Virus record (IMG/VR): IMGVR_UViG_3300045012_000181
Coordinates: 61,607-125,606 of that record
From: a virus
Reading direction: 5' to 3' (one strand)
DNA: 64,000 nucleotides
Below are positions 48,901 through 55,671 of the stretch, one piece after another. The notes beneath the pieces were generated by a model. The model searched no databases. It was not told where the DNA came from and saw nothing but the letters and a program-made list of their open reading frames with translations. The translations under genes and the position numbers were made by a program. The first letter of the stretch is position 1. Each line of letters starts with the position of its first letter.

Positions 48901-49509
48901 CGCTTGACGGCCCTAGCTCCGGACTTTCTAGAGAGTCGGGCAAGATTCGTGGGGAGTGCCTTTAGGCCAGGTGGCCGTCAACAGGCCATGGCCCTCATGC
49001 GCCTTGGATTGTACATGTACGGCACGGCCCGAGTTCTGAACGCCATCAGCAACGATGGCGACGCCAAATGGCACCCCAAGGACTTCTTCACATGGCACGT
49101 CCGCGGGCATGAATTCAGCATGCGCTCCGTGCTGACGGATGCCATCTTCGCCGCCACGGACCCCAGCGCCTTCCTGGCCTCTCGTGGAGCCCTGTTGCCC
49201 AGGGCCGTGTTTGCCGAAGGCCAGAAGGCCGGCACGCCCAAGTTTCTCAAGGACAAACAGCCCTCTGGAGTCATGCAGGGTCTCGTTCGGAGTCTGTCGC
49301 CCATCGTGGCCCAGAGGCCCATCATGGCGCTCATGCGCAAGGCCTATGAGCAAAAAAACGGCCCCAGTATTGCCTGGGAAACTTTCGCAGGCATACTTGA
49401 GGCCGTGGCAGGTGTTAAGGAAAAAGAGGAAACTTCCGACGGATCAACGCGGAGGTCGGGGCCTTCTGGGCCGCACCTGCCCCGAATGCCGAGGCTTTCC
49501 AGTCGGTGA
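39940..49509 (+). CDS. Giant (3189 aa) ejection / polyvalent-type protein
   Basis: Last gene of the ejection trio; embedded globular domain YREVLL..HF..PNVVAHLR..LFIEEVQSDW; NYVPHI..KYAKQR motif. Confidence 0.8.
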   Translation: MPPLPQQPDQQQIPPLPSTDPFEQSYQKHKAEIETPQAPPKAPVSQGADPRVSADPLRGILDPVQVDNGIKRQAWDAYHGAKTPEEFRKFFDNAQLPQETKRALWNLKFQAPIETVQGAQQAIQQAAPQETYQQFVAKNYPAWSQAQARPDEPSVPIPSMFGTLNVPTWHQLQKSLAQAPPSEQEWQAQNQLWNNPQQAFQQMVGQMAAHPTQTALGMVGTASGAPEQGALPSKPTVDVQSLLQPKGKFGQGAAQGLSELTSPQNIGMLLTIPAERLIGLYYKGQMSLDTLQLVNQARAKYMAGDNAGAQELLGQAAVTGGMVAGMEASERTGRTASQTTPQGPARVSDMGRGEGQQMAGPGVPGQPTPVQIGPTQTANVGVEGGPRPSMQSGLTAAQEVTGRSTGAGLRAPTSAPIERGGTTAGGTVGTVTPKPSTLPLHVPEQRTAELDRRQTLDLPPAEGDRRLQDRRNINDVAREQMTQGLQGQPTPGQQLEQTMRQGLPKPGIDEAQVWQYITQKGINNPTWYAEWKRQFEAAAVKNPRNGPGEMLKAVQAEMEASKQPQIQAQPVATPQPSALDKVRQIQGAPTDAQRPSGLPQAPSNAPAEPTGPGQQPVRAAQAPAGPAGEPLPGTKEPVRLAAATPREQQTKPQPKPYVPLPPGERPRMVVGPKEPVGGSKEAPPPGATAPSAPVEIPKATPRPAGAMKPELESWKETRRTEAQQRNEILKQNAQGREPKADNRGELHKVVDRYLKSPGDSARRGFELDQAVEAIRKQGPEAIEREHAELSQKATRAEKMADWGHKALDKGVEAWDLEMRDKAHAVKFPAYEEGGATYFTGKTTDEGKPEAHLKPSRELPADEAEAIARLRGNTLKEVGTPRDVPEEEKAQLKTWEENRDRLVEEIRKRGGKVTEQAYKQLQTYITGIQSIKGTRFIVAGGPELTKGPEGALERTGTRTTQQMWNTFLGHPEGAHFARPSRERVETRVKELEREAQKSREIMGALKGEEPAEKAEPTKTPLYPSVEKAPAPEEKSEESGGDFLMRFFESEDPRIKELLPKEAVEALSRLHDKIGETPEREQAAKEVLESIAKNKGKDAIVDAAKKYGKALQGLVREGLSEPKAERQLPAPKAEEPTETKGGFTNKTRELSEKNAAQGRADRQDGPLDVARFKGPAPKQPAEPAKTLSDEDVMHDIQNMPHVKEVYDKLSAQQKLEFIDRYKDPNQHPDVDILAPPELRERTKAPKPAEKEPSALEKAEELFERAKASGDSEVIQRAKDLRDSLLETKASPATPTKSETSSPDTLRRAAARAPREASPEALKKHAEKTSKIEGEYAQDRAKHAERLNEVQALRAVDPKDYTPAFVDRLERYGKGLLDAEGQHDFLAKVFEARQRFRAGDDKAGHAAVTSALAMADQRLFVPKEPVLPVRPSVPAEEAQRGQSKADSIREQLGRIAQHVQGVPVGEDRTNLEQRLQTISSKLEETAAKMKLAMRNIRAMEERGEFERTYKDKDGKPVTETLDQIKARVRNLGLERSRYVEEHLPALEVAAKALSHSTGEKPIDYKQPKPGKTVADVTRYEPDPRTGKPIPVRTQPEVVEAPQAGTRTKAELIDDLKQAQEHLKNLINKSVETEFDKTGKGSKKFGSSAEQKGASDLRKLITDLQRQIGPNAPGAAEGTKETIEGQGLLKASGAFQKPAGERMTAGEPTGPAPEDPVADLHAYLNEFAEARDKETGALKWGIDPTAMEYINKALPSGSAAKTFGPAAEHLARPIFEAMQRGSIMPDVAAKRLERSLRALAKGLADAKKAPAEQQIDIRKAAVSEAKKIARGEGPTGEKGSFDIGKERGRGLEAAKRIREEREREEKGPFYSMSERVVRENWPGGPDAKASPKDIGGMLANAGVSKNELKWSDVDSYLLKAQKEGRQVTRKEVLDYLKEKNPRVEVTEKKFDKAAATAHQEKLREYSNKLAQGFEETKNALKDALGISDNNAAALIHRHSELPEDRGGSAYAREQELKQLRNDVEDIALTKGKHISIAELDKLFEKMDQHNIQAYNFETFRDSPEMQGGANGPRYESYSMPGGDNYREVLLRIPSEGMKGEKIGEGAEAKDVYHGPHFDEPNVVAHLRLKDRVDASGKKTLFIEEVQSDWARELREQQKKGGEAAWFGNPRGAGIGAPDMPFTEGHWLELAMKHVLKEAANKGYDKVAWTTGEQQAARYSLRKRFDRIGLEEDRDGHVHLVGRTPGNAEAYNPYNTLERNIDLSKLHEYVGRENAQKLLEAYRGADQQKPSRAYIEAKDFAKGGEHHLQLYDKMIPQFMERYGKKWGAKVGQSTLDTTDMVKAHVSPGGAEATSATVHSMDIPSAMRDVLKQPLRQIGGSQAGFVRPFGKKATEAAERKTAREKQAQELRDAVEQNKPHQIAQKLEGFVRSLPKGTVDERLKMANEAIKAQPSTGPGRVKQALLNARVNLKTMASWYWNGEKSGIKLRDAMKGNTDPNVGFKKALGHYNEAYQTAAADAHAVVVNMRKAHPQHVLDALHLAMDTNFDKDLLAKAASNEKLDARLRKAAHVAQNLTPEELGAAKAYSQFFEEQGQMLSRIGALRHMLENYVPHIVDPESVPGQKFMSELRAGVFDTNFKYAKQRIHETMLDGAQKGIKYQLGIDRAFWDYHRRSTQSIASRAFIKELNGVSQEDNRPALVPGYNTIQPILPAEYSKYPQIKEMLDAKPELKKGLADSYMFRDNRGPSGPIADVSTLEALGIKYNEKTLTENDKARLDVSDYKHVDHPDFKQTVYVGKGPDGKPVFYKADLYAHPAIYDHLKNIYEASQFRTNKVTQTALAVTAASKRLLLKVLPSGFHYSQEGLHSIGHGINPFKKDIWNGQTARASLNDPVVKRGLRSGLQLFDYDNADAMEGIKGVKGFEKDFENHLFGKFIPGLKIETFKKQVHENLEIYGKKGYSEDRIYEMTAQQINNAYGMQNRLFTGRTKFMQDLFRLTALAPDFLESRARFVGSAFRPGGRQQAMALMRLGLYMYGTARVLNAISNDGDAKWHPKDFFTWHVRGHEFSMRSVLTDAIFAATDPSAFLASRGALLPRAVFAEGQKAGTPKFLKDKQPSGVMQGLVRSLSPIVAQRPIMALMRKAYEQKNGPSIAWETFAGILEAVAGVKEKEETSDGSTRRSGPSGPHLPRMPRLSSR

Positions 49510-49563
49510 AATAAGGAAATAGATGGCCATACTCACTAACGCGAGGAAACCCAGACTCAACAT

Positions 49564-49866
49564 CTACTGATTCTCGATTTGTTCGTTTGAAGCCTCCTGC
49601 ATTACAACTACAGTTTCATTCAGCCCCGGTTCAGTCGCCGGGGCTGTTGCATTTTCCGGGCCATTTTCAGCGGGACCAGTTGGTTGTGAGGGCTCTGCCG
49701 CGGCCGGCTGGGAGGGGTTGTTCTTGAGCTGGGCCCTTCGGCTGTACCAATCCGTGCGACTCTGAAGGAACTGCTGGATGGCCTTGGAGTTGATTGTGTC
49801 CATCCGGAGCATCTTCAAGAGGATGAGAATTTCCAGTAGCATCAGCAATCGGTCCAGCCAGTTCAT
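49564..49866 (-). CDS. Small protein with hydrophobic N-terminus
   Basis: AAGAGGT SD; last gene of the minus arm. Confidence 0.55.
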   Translation of the reverse strand: MNWLDRLLMLLEILILLKMLRMDTINSKAIQQFLQSRTDWYSRRAQLKNNPSQPAAAEPSQPTGPAENGPENATAPATEPGLNETVVVMQEASNEQIENQ

Positions 49867-50212
49867 TTTCAGACCTCTTAGTATCCAAATGTGGTGGCCC
49901 AGTCGGAACCTGGCATTCGGCGGCTTCTATCTCAAGTTGCAGGAGGGCCAGACATCTCCAGGCCATTTTTGCTGAATGCCTCGTGCCATCCTCATCCAGC
50001 GTACCGCGTTCCATAAAGTGCCGGATTATGCAATCGGCGTGATCCGTGCTTTTCTCGCGGGCCCAGTGCAGGGGCTGGCCGGGATTGTGCTGCTGATTTC
50101 CTATATAGCTGACGTGGGCCACAGCGGCAATGGCATCCGGGAAGTACCCCAAGACGCCGCTTCCAATGGGCATTTCCTTACGGGCCTGTTTATCCGTGGG
50201 CAATTTGGCCAA
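49667..50212 (-). CDS. dATP/dGTP diphosphohydrolase-like (DUF5664-type) protein
   Basis: YFPDAIAAVA.VS..GN.QHNPG.PLHWAREKSTDH.DCI.RH..ERG..D.DG.RHSAK.AWR.LA.LQ. Confidence 0.75.
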   Translation of the reverse strand: MAKLPTDKQARKEMPIGSGVLGYFPDAIAAVAHVSYIGNQQHNPGQPLHWAREKSTDHADCIIRHFMERGTLDEDGTRHSAKMAWRCLALLQLEIEAAECQVPTGPPHLDTKRSENELAGPIADATGNSHPLEDAPDGHNQLQGHPAVPSESHGLVQPKGPAQEQPLPAGRGRALTTNWSR

Positions 50213-50778
50213 TTGTCAATTCCTCCGTCAAATATTCATCCAAATTTTCAACAATATGCACGCCATCCGGGAACGGGCTAGCGCTATTGTAGGGCGCCAG
50301 ATGGGCATAGCTCTTGATGCCAGCTTCGTGCATATCAATTATGGTGGCCCTTTTGTCATCTATAAACGACGATAACTCCAGAGCCTGGGCAATGGCGGCC
50401 TTCTGGCCCGGTTTGTCAACAACTATGACAGTGGGGTAGGTGATGCCAAACCAGTTCCTGAGGGCCCAACAGGCCTGCTCGCGGGGCGTCATGCCAGCTG
50501 TGGGCACCCGGCTGGTTATGAAGAAAAATTCCGCCCGTTTATGCATGTACTGCAAGTCCCTCGTGGCGGGCATGGGCTTGAGCGTCATCCAGAAATTCTT
50601 GATGCGCCGGATTTCGTCCCAGACCTTGTCCACCTGTTCGGGCGAATATTCGTCCTCGAAGTCCCAGGTTAACTGCGGTCCGGAGTGATTGGTACCGAAC
50701 ATGGGATTGGCGATTCTGTAGAAAGCCCCCACGAAATCGAACACCACACCGTCAAAGGTCCACCCCAAGTTTTCTCAT
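50190..50778 (-). CDS. HAD-family 5'(3')-deoxyribonucleotidase-like phosphatase, split by a +1 frameshift
   Basis: ATG50778 (ATGA-coupled) MRKLGVDL + frame-shifted DGVVFDF gives DxDGV; FFITSR; FIDDK. Confidence 0.8.
50751..50766 (-). promoter_or_regulatory. prfB-like +1 frameshift cassette GGGGTG-GAC-CTT-TGA-C
   Basis: SD-like hexamer 3 nt before CTT TGA C, the same geometry as in RF2 genes; could be an assembly indel. Confidence 0.5.
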
Positions 50779-51068
50779 GGACACTGTTGTGTTCCTTTCT
50801 CTAGGTCTTGTTGGAAGTAATGTTTATCCAACTTTTCTATCAAATCCGTTAAGAGGCCCAACTCGCGCTTATCAAAGGTCATACGAAATTCCTCTTTGGG
50901 GTTTTTACCCTTGACCACGAACTCCAAAAAGCGCTCATCAATGGTCCCCAAGGCGCTGGCCTCACAGGACAGCGTTAAGGCCACTGCGTCCGGTAACACA
51001 TCCAACTCGACTCTTTTGGCCTCTTCTATTTCGTTTGTAGAGGACTGCGTAAGCTTCATTATCACCAT
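50775..51068 (-). CDS. Hypothetical protein
   Basis: GGGAG SD before ATG51068. Confidence 0.6.
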   Translation of the reverse strand: MVIMKLTQSSTNEIEEAKRVELDVLPDAVALTLSCEASALGTIDERFLEFVVKGKNPKEEFRMTFDKRELGLLTDLIEKLDKHYFQQDLEKGTQQCP

Positions 51069-51069
51069 A

Positions 51070-51267
51070 TCAGCTCCCAAACATCTTAACAACATCCGCG
51101 TACGTCTCGTTGGCCTCCAGAACCTCACCGGCCAGCATACAGAGATAGCTCTGCGGCCCGCCCCACTGGGCCTTGGGCACGGCCTGAACCCAAACCACGT
51201 GCTCGGTATTCACCAAGCAGTCCAAATTGCCCCCGGGCAGGGCCCGCGTTATCGTAATGAATGGCAT
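51070..51267 (-). CDS. Small hypothetical protein (phage accessory type)
   Basis: FITI..LVNTEHVVWV..EVLEANETYADV pattern. Confidence 0.65.
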   Translation of the reverse strand: MPFITITRALPGGNLDCLVNTEHVVWVQAVPKAQWGGPQSYLCMLAGEVLEANETYADVVKMFGS

Positions 51268-51270
51268 CTT

Positions 51271-51570
51271 TCAGAGCCTCCAGTTGCGTGTTCCAAAATA
51301 CAGGTGCGCTGCGGATTGAACAAAACCCCCCACGCCCATAACCAATCCGGCATCATGGTTGAAGTGGCTAATCAAGAAGGCCACGAGTATTTCCCCGGCG
51401 ATAAGGGCCGAGCCCTCGCCAAATATTCGTAATGTGCTGGGCCTGGGACCCAGAAGGGGATTGGCCTCCACATAGCCGGGCTTTTTGAGGAAGTGCACCG
51501 TACTGAGACCATCGTAGAAGGCACTCAGACCCAGTGTTATGGCTGCGATTGTTAGAAACATTAGTGACAT
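51271..51570 (-). CDS. Membrane protein with D..ST...E.NP motif (DUF5658-like)
   Basis: AGGAG SD; YDGLST..GYVEANPLLG. Confidence 0.6.
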   Translation of the reverse strand: MSLMFLTIAAITLGLSAFYDGLSTVHFLKKPGYVEANPLLGPRPSTLRIFGEGSALIAGEILVAFLISHFNHDAGLVMGVGGFVQSAAHLYFGTRNWRL

Positions 51571-51935
51571 TCTCCTTTGCAGCCCACGTGGTTGCACTTG
51601 GGACAACAGGGGCCGAATTCGGCCTCATCTAGAGACATGTCCGCACAACGGCCATGACGTTTGGCCGCTCGGGTCTCTAGTTGCCACAGGGCTTCTTTTA
51701 GGTGGTCAAGCGCCAACAGGTCTTCTACAGCGGGCACTTGCTTGTACACATACCGAAGTCTGTCGCAACAGGCCCGCAGGACCTCTTGAAGAGTCGTGCC
51801 GGAATAGTGTCCCACATTTCCGGGGTACTTGGGGCCCTCTCGCTTCACAAATTGAAGTGTTAGCAAGGACTCCTTGCGGTCGTTATAGTCCAGTTCGTTT
51901 AGTAGGTAGAAATGGCCCGGGTCAAGAACTTTCAT
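51561..51935 (-). CDS. Tad1-like (anti-Thoeris sponge family) protein, putative
   Basis: H.Y.L...TLQFVK...G...EVL...DRL...E...ALDHLKEAL..L..R...R. Confidence 0.6.
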   Translation of the reverse strand: MKVLDPGHFYLLNELDYNDRKESLLTLQFVKREGPKYPGNVGHYSGTTLQEVLRACCDRLRYVYKQVPAVEDLLALDHLKEALWQLETRAAKRHGRCADMSLDEAEFGPCCPKCNHVGCKGECH

Positions 51936-52051
51936 TGGTGCCCACCTGTATGTAAAATCCTCCAGATAAAATACAAATTGGCCGCCGAAGTTATAAGCGC
52001 TCCGATTGTGCGGATGATGCTAAAGGCGAATTGGAGCTCTTGTCGGTTCAC
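51932..52051 (-). CDS. Small membrane peptide
   Basis: GTGA overlap with the upstream gene; hydrophobic. Confidence 0.45.
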   Translation of the reverse strand: MNRQELQFAFSIIRTIGALITSAANLYFIWRILHTGGHQ

Positions 52052-52227
52052 GTTTCTTCTTTTACTAAAACGGGCTCGCCGTTCAATTCCGGGGGGTAAT
52101 GGCGGAGAATCCATTCAAGCCTCTCCGGGCTCACGTACAACTCCCGCCTTTCGGCGGCCATGATGAGGCCATACAGCTCAAGACGGCGGCCCCGCATGGG
52201 ATTCTGGCTGTTCTTCCGATAGGCCAT
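52048..52227 (-). CDS. 59-aa hypothetical protein MAYRKNSQNP...
   Basis: Manual translation; abuts the vWA stop. Confidence 0.5.
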   Translation of the reverse strand: MAYRKNSQNPMRGRRLELYGLIMAAERRELYVSPERLEWILRHYPPELNGEPVLVKEET

Positions 52228-52893
52228 CTAGGGCTTGGAATCGTCCGGCGTGGTGTTGAGGGCGCTTGTGGAGCTCGTGATGAAATTGCAGCTGGCCAAG
52301 GCCTGACCAGAGGCATAACTATTGGTTGCGTTATATAGGCTCTTGTAGATGTTAGGAATGTTGAAGGGGTTGTTGTAATCGGTTGCCACAGAGAAGTTGA
52401 AGCCAAGGTTTTGTCCAACGCTCCAGCTATCAGGCCCGGAACCCAAGAAAACAAACTGAAAGTTCTCCGAACGCCTCTCGTCGATAAGACGGCGGACCTG
52501 TTGCAGGGAGTAGTCCCGACTGCGGTTCTCTTGGCCATCTGTAATTACGACTACTAAATTCCTATAATGGCTATCAGAATATCGAAAGGATTCCAGCAAC
52601 AGACCCACAGAGTCCAATAACCTCGTCCAACCCTCCGGACGATACTCTGAGTGTTCCAATTGACCAACATCCCGGATGTCCTTTCGGGATATTAGAAAGT
52701 CCGTCCGTTCATTGAAGACCGCCACGGTAATTTTATACCGCTGTCCGTCTTCTCGGAGCCTGTCCAGATAGTTGTTAACCTCTCGGATGGTCTCATCCCG
52801 GCGCACATCCATGCTACCACTGGCATCCAGCAGCAACGTGACGTTCGTCAAACCCCCAATGGGGTATTGCCTACGACGTTTGTTACTAAGCAT
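52228..52893 (-). CDS. von Willebrand factor A domain protein
   Basis: LLLDASGSM (MIDAS), T.LLDSVG, VVITDGQEN, FVFLG; AGGAG SD before ATG52893. Confidence 0.9.
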   Translation of the reverse strand: MLSNKRRRQYPIGGLTNVTLLLDASGSMDVRRDETIREVNNYLDRLREDGQRYKITVAVFNERTDFLISRKDIRDVGQLEHSEYRPEGWTRLLDSVGLLLESFRYSDSHYRNLVVVITDGQENRSRDYSLQQVRRLIDERRSENFQFVFLGSGPDSWSVGQNLGFNFSVATDYNNPFNIPNIYKSLYNATNSYASGQALASCNFITSSTSALNTTPDDSKP

Positions 52894-52894
52894 T

Positions 52895-53347
52895 TTATTC
52901 CTTCTCCTTGTAAACCTTGGTCTCGCGACCCCATCTATCAAGATATTCTAAGATAACGGTACGATTCTTTTCAAACCAACCCAAAGCCGGATTGCAGCGA
53001 GTGCACAACAGTTCCCGCACCTGTCCGGTATCGTGGTTGTGATCGACGGCCAACCGGGTTTTTATGTTGGTACGCTTACAAATGGCGCAAACTCCGGCTT
53101 GTGCAATCAACATCTTGTCGTAGTCTTCAACGGTTATGGCGTATTTGCGCTTGTAAAGCAGTGCCCGGTTTTGCGCACACCGTGCTTCACTGTATTTCTT
53201 GTTGTAGGCTTTGTGGTAGGCGTTGTGCTTCTCGCGCACCCCGGGAGCCTCCCAATGCCGCCATACTTGGTAGCAGTTTTTGCAACGGCCTCTGCAATAG
53301 TAAGGACGGTCTGTATACGGACAATCAGTTATCTGTTTTCTCTGCAC
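52895..53347 (-). CDS. Endonuclease VII-like homing endonuclease
   Basis: KYAITVEDYD.M..AQ.GVCAICK..LAVDHNH.TG.VR.LLC..CN. Confidence 0.85.
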   Translation of the reverse strand: MQRKQITDCPYTDRPYYCRGRCKNCYQVWRHWEAPGVREKHNAYHKAYNKKYSEARCAQNRALLYKRKYAITVEDYDKMLIAQAGVCAICKRTNIKTRLAVDHNHDTGQVRELLCTRCNPALGWFEKNRTVILEYLDRWGRETKVYKEKE

Positions 53348-54041
53348 GCGTAGCCCGACCCCATCTCCTGCAGCTTTTGCAAACAAAACGCCGGTACTGC
53401 TTATTGTTGACGTAGGCAAAGCCCCGATATTCCACAGCTCCACCGCACACACCGCATTTCGAACGGTCCATCACCAAACGGGTGTGCGCGTTGTCGAAAG
53501 GCCGGAGTCTAAAGTAAAGTTCCTCGGTGGTTCGAACATCCTGACGGCAATAGTCGACCATTCGGTCCAAAACGCTCAAATCTCCGCGCAACAAGTCCAT
53601 CCAGGATTCCGGAAACCGCAGGCCCTTGTTGCTCTTTTTGTTCTTTAGCTTGAGCACTCGGCCCAAGTTGTCCAGACTATTGGACTTGTACTTGGCCACA
53701 CTGCGTGCAATCAAGCAGGTATCGCGGATTTTAGAATTGGGCAGCGGGGGTAAGTCATGAAAAAGCAAGCGCCCGTTTATAAAACGGCGATCGAAAACCG
53801 CGGCAAAGTGCCCCACCAATATGTCGGCCTTCTCGAACACAGCGGCGGCGCGTTCCAGCACGCTCCGGTCGTCTAGGGCCAACAGTTCCTTTTCTGAAAC
53901 CGTGATGTCATAAACTTTGGGATCGTCAGCCCATTTATAGCACAAGGTGACAATCATGCCCTGATCGGCGTGCAGGGCGCCTACCCCGAGCGTTTCTATA
54001 TCGAACGTGAGCACTCGAACTTCGTTACTTTTGTTTGCCAT
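53325..54041 (-). CDS. RNase H-like 3'-5' exonuclease (DEDD, YprB/RNase_H_2 type) with C-terminal Zn ribbon
   Basis: TFDIET, VGHFAAVFD, DTC, YCRQDV; CGVC..CKSC. Confidence 0.85.
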   Translation of the reverse strand: MANKSNEVRVLTFDIETLGVGALHADQGMIVTLCYKWADDPKVYDITVSEKELLALDDRSVLERAAAVFEKADILVGHFAAVFDRRFINGRLLFHDLPPLPNSKIRDTCLIARSVAKYKSNSLDNLGRVLKLKNKKSNKGLRFPESWMDLLRGDLSVLDRMVDYCRQDVRTTEELYFRLRPFDNAHTRLVMDRSKCGVCGGAVEYRGFAYVNNKQYRRFVCKSCRRWGRATRAEKTDN

Positions 54042-54354
54042 CTATTTCCTTTAGGACCTGCTGCGCAGGGGGATTTTTTAGATACTCAACCATATTCTGA
54101 AGCCAAGAAATGTTGTCCACACGACCCAGTCGGCGGTTACAGCCATAGTGCCGGCCGCCACAGAGCAGGCCCCGTACTGAGCGCCTTTTGTCTTTTATCC
54201 TGTGGTCGTGGTCGGTTTCCACGCGGAGGCCCTGTTTTGAGCCGCGGCGAAGGGGCCGCTTACAAGCCGCACACAACCAGTTCTGAAAGTCGCCGATGGC
54301 CGTCCACTCCTCCAGTGTTATGCCGTAAGTTCGCTTAAGATAGGCGTTGTTCAA
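54025..54354 (-). CDS. Endonuclease VII-like homing endonuclease
   Basis: YGITLEEW..Q...CAAC..TDHDH..VRGLLC..CNRRLG. Confidence 0.85.
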   Translation of the reverse strand: MNNAYLKRTYGITLEEWTAIGDFQNWLCAACKRPLRRGSKQGLRVETDHDHRIKDKRRSVRGLLCGGRHYGCNRRLGRVDNISWLQNMVEYLKNPPAQQVLKEIDGKQK

Positions 54355-54593
54355 CGGAGCTTCCGAACGCGTTTTACCATTCCGCGTGGAATGAAACTCG
54401 GCAACAAGACCTTCTCCAGTTCTTTATCCTCATTGTCGATGCCCGAGGCCAAACAGATTCCCCGTTTTGTGTTTCGAACCAATATACCGGCACTCACAAC
54501 CTCCACGCCCTCCTCATAGGGTGCACACCAGCCCCGACCGCCACAAGCATCTTCCCAGATGACCTCTACGCAATCCCCGATTTTGAGTTTCAT
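54351..54593 (-). CDS. Hypothetical protein (V.W.DA motif)
   Basis: VEVIWEDA..SAGIL..IPRGMV.RV. Confidence 0.7.
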   Translation of the reverse strand: MKLKIGDCVEVIWEDACGGRGWCAPYEEGVEVVSAGILVRNTKRGICLASGIDNEDKELEKVLLPSFIPRGMVKRVRKLR

Positions 54594-54811
54594 CGAGTGC
54601 CCTCATCACTGCAGACAAACAAAAGTTTGCCATCCGTGGGCCTGACAAAAATTTCTACTGTGTCGGTAGCCTCGGGGGTTTTTCTGATGGCGTAGACCCT
54701 CACAAGACCCTCAAAGGGCGCAGCATATGTGATGTGGTAGTCCTTGCTGAAGGGCGCCAGTGCAGTGGCCGTGGCATCCCGGATGAGTAAATCGTAGAAT
54801 TTTACGTTCAT
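54590..54811 (-). CDS. Hypothetical protein
   Basis: ATGA overlaps at both ends. Confidence 0.55.
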   Translation of the reverse strand: MNVKFYDLLIRDATATALAPFSKDYHITYAAPFEGLVRVYAIRKTPEATDTVEIFVRPTDGKLLFVCSDEGTR

Positions 54812-55671
54812 AGGTCTTTGTACTTTCCTTTCGGCCATCCAGTGGCTTTTTCGGTAGGCCCTCCAAACGTAAAGGACTCTCCCAACCACTGTATCGTTCC
54901 GTTACGCAAGCGGCGTACGAACAAATCCTCAATAGGCTCCCCCCGCCGCAGTTCAAAGGATAGTTTCAGAACGGGTTCGGGTGTGTGTTCGCTACTAAGC
55001 CTAGTAACCTCCAGGAGCGTGTCCAAATCTCCATAAAGCGCACTGCTACCGCGCATGCGGTCACCACCACGCTTCTGCTTGGCCGGATCAGGGTCTTGTT
55101 TACCAATGTGGTGAATGAACATCACGGCGGTTTTGTGGTCCTCGATTATATGATCCGCTACTCGCATGAGTGCGCCCATTTCCTGGCTATCATTTTCATT
55201 GCTTAGGTTGAACTTAGCAAAGGGATCGAACACGATCACCTCGGGTTTGATATCCTTAATCAAGCAGTTTATGTAATCTCGTCCTTCTGCTGTATCCAGA
55301 CGCATGGCCGTATCTCTGGATTGAATAAAGAACGGGAGTCCTTCGGGTTCCACACCTGCCGTCAGCCCCGGCAAGCCTTCTTTGCCTCTTAGTCGCTCCA
55401 ATAGACCCTGTTCGCCCATCTCCATTTCCAGATACAAAACCCTTCTAGGTTGCGGAACGGGCAGTACAGGTACGCCGGAAGCATAGGAGGCGTCGAACAA
55501 TCGTCTGCCGCGGGCGATGTCAAGCATTATATTCAACATAATAAAGGACTTGTTGGTTTTTGGACTCCCGGCCATAAAAAGTTTCCCGCCGCAGGGGAGT
55601 ACCCCTCTGCCTATCACGTGCGCCCCGGGTTTATACTCCAGTTTCAAGAAGTCCGCCAGAGACAGGGCCAC
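54808..55671 (-). CDS. RepA/AAA_25-type SF4 helicase
   Basis: GSPKTNKS Walker A, YLEME, VFDP, IHH..K, RGSSAL.GD.D. Confidence 0.85.
   Translation of the reverse strand: MALSLADFLKLEYKPGAHVIGRGVLPCGGKLFMAGSPKTNKSFIMLNIMLDIARGRRLFDASYASGVPVLPVPQPRRVLYLEMEMGEQGLLERLRGKEGLPGLTAGVEPEGLPFFIQSRDTAMRLDTAEGRDYINCLIKDIKPEVIVFDPFAKFNLSNENDSQEMGALMRVADHIIEDHKTAVMFIHHIGKQDPDPAKQKRGGDRMRGSSALYGDLDTLLEVTRLSSEHTPEPVLKLSFELRRGEPIEDLFVRRLRNGTIQWLGESFTFGGPTEKATGWPKGKYKDL

Noticed and set aside
40225-49353. Many 60-315-aa minus-strand and alternate-frame ORFs
   Set aside because: Shadows of the GC-rich giant ORF with no recognisable domains
49523-49570. 15-aa ORF MAILTNARKPRLNIY with AAGGA upstream
   Set aside because: Too short to support from sequence alone
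50190-50768. ORF-track start at TTG50768 for the HAD gene
   Set aside because: It gives WTFDG, which lacks the first catalytic Asp; the coupled ATG50778 is preferred
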